Both the position numbers and the translations under genes were made by a program. From NCBI GenBank assembly GCA_029953675.1, contig JAMWBK010000007.1, positions 372,001 to 436,000 on the forward strand: a DNA stretch of 64,000 nt, given 5' to 3'. This document shows positions 44,879 to 57,486 of this stretch, in pieces. The stretch comes from Rhodosorus marinus CCMP1338 (taxonomy: Eukaryota > Plantae > Rhodophyta). Each line of letters starts with the position of its first letter. Positions within the stretch are counted from its first letter, which is position 1. Below the pieces are notes generated by a model. That model saw only the letters and a program-made list of their open reading frames with translations. It was not told the DNA's origin and did no database searches.

Positions 44879-46012
44879 TTACTCGGATTTCCTATTCCCC
44901 CTTCGTTTTACGGTCCTTATGATCATCGCGTCAGTTTTTGACAACGTTTGTGACCTCCAGGTTCGGGGAATAAGCCATCCATCGCTCGCTATATACAAAC
45001 TTCTCTCAATGCGACGGAACACCTGTTCTCTATCCAGGACATGGTTCCAGAAGTTTCCCACACAATAATTATCCGTTTGTACATCGGCTCTCGAATCGTA
45101 CCTTGAGAGCGATCCGAGTAGCCCAAACTGTCGAATCAATCCGATCAGAAAAGGAGGGCTGTCTATAGTAGCCCATCGATTCAATTGCGGCAGAATGGCC
45201 ATCAAGGAGACGAACATGACGCAGAAAGCCTCGAGAGCAAGATTGTTCGGTTGCCATCCAGCAAGGATGGTCAGGATTGGAATGGAAACCAGGCAATGAT
45301 TTCCTACGTTGATGAAAAAGTCATCCTTCGTCTGCTCCGCCGATGTCCTGTACCGGATGGATCCAAAATGAGCCTGTGCACTCTTTTCGGTGAGCTGGTG
45401 GGCATTGGTTCGCGACCTACCTGGAATTCGATGATCCCTCCACTGCCTGTTTTCTCTGGGGTTTCCTGTACTGTGAATGCAGTGTCCTCGCCTTTTGGAT
45501 CTCCGAACCAACGAACGGGGTTGCCCTAGATCCGTAGTTATGTGCAAACCAGTAATACAATCCGCTGGACAGGTCCGCGAACACGAAGGCCGCGCTGGAT
45601 CCGAGCAGTACCTGTTTTTACAGCAGAGAACCTTCAGTAAGTTCGTAGCAAGTAAGATGCATCCAAGGCTGAAGTTGCTTCTTACTAGGAAGAGATCTAA
45701 ACTACATTCCACGCGCTCGAAGATGTCCAGGACGATCAAATCGGATAGGTAATCCGCGAAGATAACGATTCCTCTAAAGACGACACCTTCCCTTCCTGAG
45801 ACGCCCACGACTTCGGGATGGTCCGAAGCCACCTCGTCCTTCTTATGCTCCTCCTTCACGGCTACATCCGAAACAAACTTCGAACGGTCAGTCTGCACCC
45901 TCGGCCGCCTCACTCGAGTCTGCGGACCCACAACAACACAAGTCGTCGTAGTCCTGACCTGTACTCTCTCGCCTCTGCGACCCGCCGCAATCGACCCCAC
46001 AAACCCCATCAT
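44879..46012 (-). CDS. Plastid FAD4/TMEM189(Kua)-like protein with degenerate histidine boxes (3 exons)
   Basis: Transit peptide MMGFVGSIAAG..; spliced exon 2 ADLSSGLYYWFAHNYGSRATPFVGSEI; exon 3 NYCVGNFWNHVLDREQVFRRIE..IPRTW parallels FAD4 NYCIVSG.WN.vLD...F..lE..PRsW. Confidence 0.75.
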   Translation of the reverse strand: MMGFVGSIAAGRRGERVQVRTTTTCVVVGPQTRVRRPRVQTDRSKFVSDVAVKEEHKKDEVASDHPEVVGVSGREGVVFRGIVIFADYLSDLIVLDIFERVECSLDLFLVRSNFSLGCILLATNLLKVLCCKNRYCSDPARPSCSRTCPADCITGLHITTDLGQPRSLVRRSKRRGHCIHSTGNPRENRQWRDHRIPGRSRTNAHQLTEKSAQAHFGSIRYRTSAEQTKDDFFINVGNHCLVSIPILTILAGWQPNNLALEAFCVMFVSLMAILPQLNRWATIDSPPFLIGLIRQFGLLGSLSRYDSRADVQTDNYCVGNFWNHVLDREQVFRRIERSLYIASDGWLIPRTWRSQTLSKTDAMIIRTVKRRGNRKSE

Positions 46013-47722
46013 ATCTAACCCCACAGCTTCTCCCAACCTAGTTAACCTCCCTCATCCATCCTCAGACCTCCCCCTCGTCCTCACAGCGACATCAACCTCT
46101 CCCCAACACTCCACAAAAGTTCCAACCCGAAAAAAAACAAAACACACGCACACCAAACAACAAACCCAACAGTCCCCCAACGCTCCTCCAAATCCCTCCA
46201 CCCTCACACTACACCCTCCACCCCTCCCACCACGCCCTCCACTCACCCCCCACCCCCTCCACTCACCCCCCCATCCCGCCCAAAACCCCCCACCCCCCCA
46301 ACCCCTTCCCTTCCCTCCCCCGAAAACCAGTTCCTTCCTACCTACCAACATCCCCTTCCCACCTCTCTCCCCATCCAAACGAGACAATACCCACACCTCA
46401 CCCTCACCCTCACCCTCACCCGCACCCTCACCAAACACAAACAAAAAAAGTTTCCTTCTCCATCCTCTCCCCCCACCACCTCCGCACCCCCTTATAAAAT
46501 ACCCATTACCATATCAAAAACAAAACTTCCAGAAGAAAAAATCCATAAACACAAATTTTTTTATCCTCACCTTTCTCCCCCCTCCCCCTCTTCCTTCTCT
46601 CCTCTCCTTCTCTCCTCCTCTCCTCCTTTCAAAATGTGAAAATCCACACCACATCGTCGATCCCCCCAAAAAGGGGATATTTTTATTAATTTTAAGTTCC
46701 TCACGACCACATCTTTTAACAGTCTCAACACAAGTGAAATCGTCTTTTTCTCTCCGCTTTTTAATTTTTTCTTTCTTTGTTCATCAAAGTTCCCCTCCCC
46801 CCCCCCCCCCGCTCTCTTTTTTTTTTTTTCGGAGGGAGTCAGTGGGAATGAGAGGACCTCACCTTCATTTCAATGCAAATTAGAGGGTGGTGATAATCTA
46901 AATTTTTTTTGGAGGAGTCTGGATAAAACTTCAGATAATAAAGTAGTAAAATAGATAGATATTAAGTAATTTAATTAAGTTTTCTGTTTTTAATCTATTG
47001 CGATCTGATAAATAATATTTTGTATTTAATGTATAAGTGATTGTGGAAATTGGGTTGGCCTGGAAGGGGTTAATAGATTTACGATTGTGGTCGCGTTGGG
47101 TTTCTAGTGGGTGGAACAGGGGGTGGAGGTGGAAATAATATGTACATGTTTTCGGATACGTTTTGAAGGATTAGACATATTTTAGGTGGTGGAATGAGGG
47201 GTGATGATTGCGGAGAGTGCACGGGATTTTGAAGGAACTGGAAGGGGGGGCGATTTGTTGGGTGGAAAGAGGTAGGATCGGGAATTTATGTGTTTTTCTT
47301 GAAGATTATTTTATTTTGTAGTTCTGGGAAGCGTATTTATATTTATATGTTGATAGAGTCGGGTTTTTATTAACAAATTGTTTAAGGACTAGTGTCCTTC
47401 GGAGGTCAAGTTGGATGGGTTTCTGGTTGGACTGGAGATCAAAAGGATTTCCACCTATCGATTCTCTGGTGCAATTGATAGCGTAGCGTTAGGGTCGGAA
47501 ACCGGGGGGGGCGGGTTTGTTGGGTTGAGGGTTTTCTTGCCTGGACGGGGACCCATAGTTGGTGTTGTTTTCATCCAATGCGGGTTTGTAGTTGTCCTGA
47601 TATCCATACCCAATACTCGTGAACACTATCCTGTCTCGTTTCCACTGCGCTGAAGCAGACCATTTTCTCCCTCAACTTAACTTGCTTCCTCCTTTTAGCT
47701 ATCCACTCTCCTCACTCCAAAC

Positions 47723-47836
47723 CATCCTCTGCGAAAACTTGGCTACACCAGCTGAATCTTAAAATGTCGCTCAATTGGCCGCATCCTCTGCTTACTTGGC
47801 TAGGCAGCTGATTCTTTAGATATCGCTCACTTGGCC
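47723..47836. repeat. Imperfect 59-bp tandem duplication in intergenic DNA
   Basis: CATCCTCTGC..ACTTGGCTA..CAGCTGA.TCTT..A.(A/G)TCGCTCA.TTGGCC starts at 47723 and again at 47782. Confidence 0.8.
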
Positions 47837-49145
47837 CCCAGTCATCTCTGTCCATTTACCGCCAGCTGCAGTCTCGTCCCTCCTTCACACTGCCACTCTA
47901 GTAGCCACCCACTCCCTACCCCTTCCAAAAATGCTCCAAATAGGATTGTTTTGTTGTTAGTTTTTTTGGTAATCGAATATGGTTTCTCAATTAATTGGGT
48001 GTGGATTAGAGTGAATTGATCAAGTAATCAAGTGCGGCTTAATGGATCCATTAAGCTGGTTTTTGATATGGTAGAATTCCGCCTCTGTCGACCACTAGAT
48101 TTTTTATTTATTTTTGGTAGATTCGTGCTTGTTGCCTATGGTGGGATTTTACGGATTGCCAGTGGACTTTTTCTATTGCTGTGGAAGGAAAGGATAGGTG
48201 TTAGTGGTAGCTGTTACTTCCGGGTATATTGGGAAGTGGGTTGCGAACGACGTCCCTTTATGGCTCAGATATTTGGGGGGCAGGTGTAATTTTGGAGTTA
48301 TGTGTTTTTAGTAAACTTGGGCTGCATCCCAAGCCAGTCTCTCCAGGTTCATAAGTCCGCTTGGTCTAACATACGAGCGTCTCTTATGCCTATTTGTTCA
48401 TAAGTTTCCGCCGGAGCGCTAAGATCAGGTCATAGACGTGTTTATAGCAAAGCTGCGTCCGCCTCTGGGAAATACACCGACGTCCCAGTTCTTATCACTT
48501 CTTTTTGCATTGGTGCGCTTGCGCAGCTCACAGCTATTCTGATAATTCAGTGTAAATCACCAGGCCAGAGCTAGTCACGATTGACAGCCGAGGTTTACTG
48601 TGGGTCCGGCTTCTCGTCGTTGAACCGCTGGATTTCCGGGACGACAGGCACCCTCGATAAGGCGATGCTAAGCAGGAAGAAGCACCGTGCGGATAAGAGG
48701 CACAATGCACCCACGCTGGACTGTCGCACAGCCCTCCATTCCATCACCGGTTTAGACACTGGAAGCCGTGCTGGCCAGCACTGAATCAAAAGACCATCTG
48801 CGCAACTGAACGCTTCGTTCATTTTCGATTAGCGGTCCCCATGGCCTCCTTTTCTGGACACTCAAACGCTCAGGACCTCTTAAAGAATGATGCTACGCAA
48901 CTGCTGCCGAAAACCTTGGTAAAAAAAGCGCGCTGTTGCTGTCCATCAATCTAACCACGTCTGCCGTGGAGCAGGCACCCCGTCAGCAAAGGAGCTGACA
49001 AGGAAGCAGAAGCACATCCACGAGGCTTTGGTAAAGGCTTGACCACGTTGAGTCACCAAAAACAAATTCTTTACCTCGCTTTTAAAAAATATTCCGAAAG
49101 GCAACTACGCCATCAAGAAGCGTGTTGCCGTAGAGCGCCGAGTCC

Positions 49146-50663
49146 CTATGCTGACAAGCCTGCTCGTCGCCTAAGCTCTTCAGCTGCACTTTCCATGGCC
49201 TTCCTATGCTCCGTTCGAAACTGTGCACACAGAACCTGCTTCGGGGTATGGCTTTCACTATTTGCGAGGATCTTTTCGTCTTCCTCAGGCGAAGCCTTCA
49301 ACGAGCTAAGGCGAGCCTCTACCGCACTCAGCAGAACCGCCTCCTTTCCAGGTTTCAACTTTGAGAGAGCGCCACCAAGAACTCCGCGCTTGTCGTTCGC
49401 GTTGTCAGTCTCCACAAATCTGTAGTCGAGCAGCAGCTGAGAGTTTGTCAAATTGCCATCTCCGTACCTAATGAACACCTCCTCACCCGCCTCGATCTGA
49501 AACCCAAAATCCGACGAGAAAACCTTCTCTCAGTCCTCAGCAGCGCACAGCGCAGCGCGGAAACAGTTGCTGGGGTGTTCCTCTACAAACCTTTGCACCG
49601 GCAATCACGTTGTAACTATCCTTCTTGAACTTCAGTTCGTTCAGCGCCTTGTTGCTGTGGTTGATCATATCGATGAACGGAATCAACAGCTTCACAAGCT
49701 CCCGGTCCTGATTCTGTACCCCAAGCGCTCTGCTGACTATGATAAACACACCCCAACGAAGCGCGTCCTTTGAATACTGGATGCCTTCTCCCATTGGATT
49801 CTCCATGTCTCCGCTGTACAAAGCGTCCTAAAAACGATGTTTCGGGTAGTTGCAGACCAAAGAGATATGTTCAGATGCTTTTCCACATGATGGACGTTCC
49901 ATCCTCCTATGGAGCTACACGCTATGTGATGATAGCTTTCTCACAAAGTTAAACTTTTCGTAGCTGCGATCGATCTGGGCTTCTCTACGGTGGAATTCTG
50001 CTTTTACTTCGGGCTGCTCGAGGGAATTCAGCTCCGCTTCCGAGAAAACGAGTGAATTTTTGTTGTCGGGCTCCTTTGGGAGAACGTCAAGCATCGGTTT
50101 GAAGAATTGCGGTGGCTGGCTATCCCCTTGCATCATCTGCGAAGAGCGGACAAGATCTGAATCAGATTTTGACTTGGTTTACTCCACGCGTGGGCCGGGC
50201 TCGTCTCGAGTCTGCTTACCGTCAATAGAAGATTCGCGGGCTTTGTTGGGTCGATATCCTGCTCTCCCAGGGCAATCGCCAGCGTCTTGGGAATAGAACA
50301 AATCACATCCCCTTCGTTAATAGTCTCCAAGGCGAATACTCCTCTCCTTCCTCCCTTTTCCCCTACAGCAACCCTCCCAAAGCTCGCTCCGCCCAATTTC
50401 AGCCAGCGGTACAGCGCATCAATATCCTGATCCCTGCTCAGAGCCAAGTCACCCAACCCCGCACCCTTCTTCGGGGCTGGCTTTCCAAACCCTTTGACAG
50501 ATAATCTAACTTTCTTTCCCTCGCCGCCTCCGCCGCCCTTCTTCTTCGCTCCCATCACCCATTGACCACCCCTAAAACACACACCAGACCTAGCCAGGCC
50601 CCTGCCTAACACACCCGTCTCCAATCCACCCCCAACGGCGAAACAAACCTTCCTCTCCTCCAT
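49146..50663 (-). CDS. Plastid SET-domain protein lysine methyltransferase, Rubisco LSMT-like (multi-exon)
   Basis: RRGVFALETINEGDVICSIP, KLLIPFIDMINHS (NHS motif), FIRYGDGNLTNSQLLLDYRFVE, followed by a C-terminal substrate-binding helix region. Confidence 0.85.
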
Positions 50664-52386
50664 CTCTCCTTCCCCTCCCAAACCAAGATGTTTCCTTGCA
50701 AACCACGACACTACATCCACGAGCCGCCTCCTACACCTCTCTACACTCCACACAACAATCGCTCTTGAGAAAAACCTATCCTGACCTCACCCCTCTAAGG
50801 CTCATTCACTTCAGCCCAAGACTATCCCTGTTGATGTCCACTGCCCTCTCTCTCCCTCTTCAACTCCGCGTGCTCGTTCCAAGGCTCAATCTTAACACAC
50901 CTCCAACCTCACCACGACAAGGGTTAAAACAAAGTCTCTCAACAGATAACCCAGTCTTCACTCAATCTCTCTGTCTCTCTTGTCCTTCCGTCAACAGCAA
51001 CGAAAGCAAAAGAAACCAACAAGCGCCCGTTTCCTCACTACTTCCTACCCGTCCCCAAAGTCCTCAAAACTTCTTAACTACGTCCTGTTCCAGTAGATAA
51101 ATCAGACCTCACCAATTTTTCTCTGCCTTTCGTTGCTGCCTAAACCTCTTACGAAGAAAGAAGTAATCTCCTTTCCCCTGTCTCATCCACCCGCCCGAAC
51201 CCTCGAGACGATTAACGAAATCTCGCTCTATATCGACTTCGCTCTTCCTTACCAATGCCTCTCGCAAGGTTTCCACCCTGGAGAGGCTTGGCCACGGCCG
51301 GTGTCCGAAGTGGACGGGGATGTACCAACCTGTATCCCAAAGTACCATGGCCAGCTTTTCCTCATCCTTGCCCAGTTGGTTTCCGAGGTGTGTGTCCGTG
51401 CCGCTTCTGAACGTAGAGATGAGGATGTGTATCTCAGTGGTACGAGCTAGCTAGACTCGCGTTGCGTCGATAACACGCCTTGACCAGGATCGCTCTCGCG
51501 GTTGAGGTAGCCCGCCACCAGTAGGAAAGTATCTTGATAAGCACCGGTGATCTCTCCGTTGACAGTGGCGATCTATAAACAAAAAGCCTTCCAGAGAGCG
51601 TTCCAGGCAACGGACCTCGACCATACGATGCTGAAAACCGGGGATCAGGATTTCAACACTGATTTCCTAGTCTATCTGTTACCCAACCCGAGTCGCACAA
51701 ACTCAGTGAACCTCTCCAGTGAATTCCCAATATGCAGAGTTTCGTATGCTTCTTGTGCGTTCCAGTGCGCAAAAGAAGGCCGCTGTGTAACTTGAAGACT
51801 GTGGGAGAGTCGGTTCTGACGCCGTGACAACGTTCGACCTCCGGTAGCAGGTACAGAACTGTTTCTCCCTTATAGACAAACAGCATATTTGCTGGAACTA
51901 TTTCAGCAAGCTGCCCAATTCCTGCTTTGGGAGTTCCTGGTCCGGAGTGGACTTCCGGTACAGTCGGTGAACCTGCGCGACAGATGCCGGGCTTCACGGC
52001 CAGAGTCCACCGATGAGCCCAAACATTCCCCGGCTCAACGACCATACCGGATGTCCATTGGACACCCGCGCTGTGTCAAGGACTAATACAGACGCAGTCT
52101 CTGATAGATGTACTTGTCCTTGTCTTGTTCCTGTTAGCAACGAGCCGCTAGTGGAAGCAGCGGGATTACTTTCAGAATGGACTTACTCCGGAGTACATCT
52201 GAAGAGCAACTCAGTTCGGAAACACGGCGGAGATAAAAAGAGAGTGGCGGTGGAGTACGGGAGCGAGCAGTGTGTGGCGGTGTTAATATATTTCAGAACC
52301 GGCAGTGCCGATCATGAGTCAAGATAATCAAACAAATGAACCAAGGATGTCTCAAATTCCGTCCTCTCAATGGAGTTGCATCTGCC

Positions 52387-54554
52387 CTACTTGTCGCTCA
52401 ACAAGTTGTCCAGTTCCACCCTGCTCTCAATGTCACGGACGTGGTAGCCAACCTATGGGGTACTCGATGATCTTAGTAGAGCAAGCTTTTCTTTTTTGCT
52501 GTTAGGAAGAGGGCCATTCCCCGCACCGAAACGTACCATTAAACACCATGTGATAACCTGAGAAATGTAATCTCGACCGGTTGTGAACGATTGCTGTACT
52601 TCGGCACTCGGTCTCCCTAGAAGGGTGTTAACGACTCTCTGAATTCCGGTCAAAATGAAGATGGGAACATGATCAAGTTAGTCATTTCTACGGTTTCGAG
52701 AGAAAGGGCCCGTTCTAGTCTACTACCCAAGCACGAACCTGCATTGCATCAGCGGAGTCCTCCGTAAGATCCTTCAGGTCGGCGGAGAAGGAAGAGTCTG
52801 GAGCAAAGGAAGCATATTCCAGGATCCTGCACGGGATAAGCGCAAGTTGGGAAAGTCGGCATCAGTATCCATGTCGATTCATGCAACAGTCAAGCGCAGA
52901 ACATGCGCTTGTCTAGTAGCAACGAATTTAGACACAAGTTCGGCATACCGCGCAGAAGTTTCTCCAGCTCCATTGGCAGCAGCAGCGTCGTGTTGCTGCT
53001 TGAGAGCTTCAATTTCGGACTCTAGTCGGTGTATGTAAGTCTGTGGGTTGAGATACGTCCTCTCATTCCTCGACGGATCCCACCAGCTCAGCCGTCCACT
53101 GACGTTCTTCTTCACCCTCGCCCCGGCTTCCGGAAGAGCATCTTCAGGGGAAGCCTCCTCTTCTGCTTCATCCACGAGTTGTGAGCTCCTCCGCGACAGT
53201 TTGATCTCACCGTCCCTCATGAAGTAACCTAAGCAAGCCCAATCCAATTAAGCCAGGGATCACACCATCACGGGTTTGCTGGATGAGTTCCGATCATACC
53301 GGTCACTTCCGACGTGTACAAAAGCTGGCCTAGGCCCATTCGATCTGTTTGGATGGTCATCTCAAATAGAGACTCAGGTAGGCTACCAATTATTGAAGCA
53401 AGCGCCCGATTCATGGCCTTTTTCGCGTCCGCGGATACCAAGCTTTCCAACATCTCAGTATCCTCCTGCGAAGGGTGGGAAGAGGGACTTAAGCTTTCCA
53501 TGGTTGACTTTCGATCGTCTTGCGACTTTGCAACGAGTTCAAACAGTTCCTTTTCTAGAAATACGCACTGGGTTGAGGCTGCTAACTCTGTCATATATTT
53601 GGTTCTTCTTATCCATCGACGGAAACTCTCTTGAACCTTGAGAACGATCGCTACTCGTTTCGAAAACACACAAACGAAAAGCGCCCGTCAGTTTTCACTT
53701 GCGCTGCTTCCGAACGAGGCACCCAAAACTCACCCGCTGTGCAAAGAAGGACTCCCATCGCTTGAGGAAATCTTATTCTTCTTCGCTATTCGATCGTAGA
53801 CCTTGCCAACTAGAGCTTGAACGTCACCAATACCTTCGATGGACTCCAACGACTGCTCCAGCTCATCTCGCAACTCTGATGCCCGGATGCCTTTAATGAC
53901 GTTGCCAAGCTCAGCATCTCCAAGGGAAGAGTTTTCTCCATCCATATCGGAATCTTCCTCAGCAAGGACATAGTACTCGCTTCCGTCGACCCCGTCAATT
54001 TCCCCGTCTTGATCAGACTCCACTTCCGGGGTATCAGCCAACTGTCTCAATTTGTCCTCCAAAGCCCGTTCCCACTCGTCATAGCTCTTGTCGGCGAGGT
54101 CATGCCCTTGCTGTTCCTCCTCTAAAGCTTGAATGTCGATACCTTCCCGCGCCAAATCCTCCAGATGTTTTTCAGATAAAGCTTCCTCCACGACTTCAGC
54201 AACGTCTTTCGGCGGGGAACCATTCGCATTGGCTTCTGGTTGCATAGCACCGTTAGAGCTACTAGAATCGTTGCTTTCCTCCGTTTTAAAGACCTTATCC
54301 ATTTCAAGTTTCATTTTCTTAACAATGCGCTCCTTCATGCCCTCAAACAATCGCTTCCAAGTATCCGGGTCATCCTCAAACCACCCGTCCTCCTCACGAT
54401 ATTCATTCCCGCCTTTCTTCGCTTGACATTGTACTAGGGACCTTTCAGGTCGCTCCTTTCTCAGCGGACGTCTACCATTCTTTGCTACATACGAAGCCTC
54501 TCTGTGCGTTCTGGGTGCACCCGCGGGAACCACGAACGCACTCTCGCCCATCAT
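52387..54554 (-). CDS. Plastid DUF760-domain protein (two DUF760 repeats) with long acidic N-terminal region (multi-exon)
   Basis: ASIIGSLPESLFEMTIQTDRMGLGQLLYTSEVTG/YFMRDGE; YIHRLESEIEALK; second repeat RVVNTLLG..TGRDYISQVITWCLM/VGYHVRDIESR; stop at 52387. Confidence 0.8.
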
Positions 54555-55787
54555 CCTTAACCAATTGGCTTCGCTCCCTCAATGAGATCTCAATCCATCA
54601 AGTTCCACGTTCTAGTACATCTACAAAAACCGTTCCAAACGACAGGGAACTCCGTGACAAGAAGCAGACCCAATTCCGAATCAACCTGTGCTCGCACTTC
54701 TTCCCCCCTCTTCGAGCTCGAGATATCTCCACTAGACTCGTTGACGGACTGGAAAGACAGAACGGGACCGTTTCTGTCGGGTCTGTCTTATCTTTCTCTT
54801 TCGCTGAACTGATGTTTCTTTTAGAAAAACAAGATAATTCTAAATATGAAGAATCAGAAGCAAATATCAAGTTGCCCGTCCAACCGTAAGAAAAAGCTGC
54901 TTCGCCGAAGCTGTGCTTCCTGCCGGTCCAAATGCCGACAATTCCATCCTTGCAGAGAGCAAACGAAAACAAGCTAGGATACGGGACGGGGACGCGCTGG
55001 ACGTCTTTGTAGCGTTTACACAGAAGTAAAAAGATCCCAAATAGTAGTACAAAGCAGGAAACAATCGCACGCTGCCATCCGCTCTACCAAAACCTAAGCC
55101 CCCAAAAGAAGCAGAAAACCCCAGAAACCCCAAAAACCCTAAAAAGAAGTATTCAATCATTATTCAAAATAATGACTAAATAGTTTCTAATAGATTGACT
55201 CAAATCCACCTTCGTGCGGCCGACCACGAAATCTATTTTCATTTGATTTTGGAAAGGCCAGGCTGTCTATATTTCTTAGTACACTACTAACAGCTACTAA
55301 CCTCATAAGTTTGCATGGACGAATAATTGGATTTTTCTTATCTGATTCGATTAGGACATTTTGGGGTCTGTTTATCGGATTTTTTTTCGATGGATGGTAT
55401 GGCCGTGGTTGTCTCTTAGGGGTTTTGGTTTGGATTTCGGTTCATGTAAAGTTGGATGGCGGACTTGCGAGGATACTTGATCTTTCCCTGTTTGATGATG
55501 TCCTGGTTCGGTTTATTTTTTAATCTGCAAGGCTACTAGAAAACGCTTCCAGCGAGTCCCTGCGTCCCTCCCTTTATATTGTTCGCTTCCTTTGGGAATT
55601 GGAGCTCTGGAGTTGAGGAGGGATCAGGTCCGGGTGGAGAGACTTGAGCAGGGTTGGCGCTGGTGGCGGTTGAGCGCGGCTGAATAGTTTATTGTATTGG
55701 AAGTGGTCGATTGACGTACCTTTCGCGGTCGTCTGGGTTGATACGGTTGTAAGATCTGTGTTTTTTTTTTCCCAGCGGTGGGCAAGC

Positions 55788-57377
55788 ATGGAGGAGAACT
55801 ACGTATCGCCGTTGTCGACTCGGTACGCGTCGAAGGAGATGAGGGCGAATTTTGCGGATATCACGCGGTATCGTATTTGGAGGAAGCTGTGGCTTGCGCT
55901 GGCAGAGGCTGAGATGGAGCTTGGACTTGAGGTGACCCAGCAGCAAGTTGATGCGTTGAGGAATGCGCCAGACGTGGATTTGAAGCGCGCGGATGAGTTC
56001 GAGAGATCTCTTCGACATGACGTTATGGCGCATGTGCATGCTTTCGGTGAGCAAGTAATGGTGGCAAAGCCGATTATCCATCTCGGTGCGACCTCTTGCT
56101 TCGTGACAGACAACAGTGAGGTAGTCCAGATGCGACAAGGTCTGGACATTGTGATCAAACAGCTTTGGGGGTGTATATCAAACCTTGCCTCGTTCGCGAT
56201 GCAATGGAAAGACCTCCCAACTCTTGGATACACCCATTTTCAGACCGCACAGCCGACTACAGTAGGGAAGCGGGCGTGCCTGTGGCTACAGGACTTCCTG
56301 TACGACGTGCAGAACCTCGAACACGTTCGGGACAATCTCAGAATGCGCGGTGTCAAAGGAACGACGGGAACTCAAGCCAGTTTCCTGGCTCTCTTCGACA
56401 ATGACCACGAGAAATGTCGGCAACTGGACAAGAAAGTTTCTGAGAAGATGAATTTTCACAAAACTTGGACGGTCACCGGTCAGACCTATACCCGGAAGCA
56501 GGACTACGTCGTGCTCACAGCTCTTGCTGGGGTCGGTCAAAGCTCGGCAAAAATGGCGAATGATATTCGCTTGCTGGCTCATTTGAAGGAGGTTGAGGAA
56601 CCGTTTGAGAAGAAGCAGATCGGATCGAGTGCGATGCCATACAAGAGAAACCCTATGAGGTGCGAGCGACTATGCGGAATCGCGAGATTCTTGCAGAACT
56701 TGGTTTTGAATCCAGCAGAGACTGCAAGCGTCCAGTGGCTTGAACGCAGTCTGGACGACAGTGCAAATCGTCGACTTGCAAACTCAGAAGCATTCCTGGC
56801 CACTGACGCATGCCTCCAGTTGGTGGCAAACGTGACCTCAGGCTTGGTCGTCCATCCAAAGGTAGTTCCATTGACTTCAGAAACGGATTCTCCGCCGCGG
56901 GACGTACCAGGCATTTACTAACACAACGTGCTGACTCCAATCCAGGTCGTAGAGAAGCATATGAATGAGGAGCTTCCCTTTTTGGCAACGGAGAACATCA
57001 TGATGGCTGCGGTGAGGAAGGGAGGAGATCGACAAGTACGTAACACTTGCACTGTCATCAGCAAATGAGTAATTCTCAGCTTTTTTTGGCTTCTTGGCAA
57101 TTCTTCACTATAGGAGCTCCACGAAGTTATCCGTGGCCACTCAGTCGCCGCAGGGGCGAGAATCAAGGAGGAAGGCCTAAGCAACGATCTCTTGGAACGA
57201 ATTCGTGCCGACCCAGCTTTCAGCTCCGTGGAAGGTGAACTAGACGACATTCTAGACACGAAGAACTTCATCGGAAGGGCATCGGAGCAGGTTGTGGACT
57301 TCCTTGAAGGCGATGTGTATCCGGAGCTAAACGCGCATAACATCGATAAATCTTTCACAGGGGAAGTCAATGTGTGA
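55788..57377 (+). CDS. ADSL: Adenylosuccinate lyase, animal/fungal (ADE13/ADSL) type (3 exons)
   Basis: [52 protein letters not shown] and the signature [10 protein letters not shown]. Confidence 0.95.
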
Positions 57378-57486
57378 CTCGCGTTTAGTATACCAGTTTA
57401 AGTATAATACATTTACTAACAATTCTAGTGCACACATCTCTGAGTCCAGTTCAGGTTGGGATGTTAGCTTGTTCCTGGAACCTCGT

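Noticed and set aside
54867-55160. 97-aa hydrophobic minus-strand ORF
   Set aside because: It lies in the G/T-rich leader of the DUF760 gene, shows compositional bias and has no recognisable motif.
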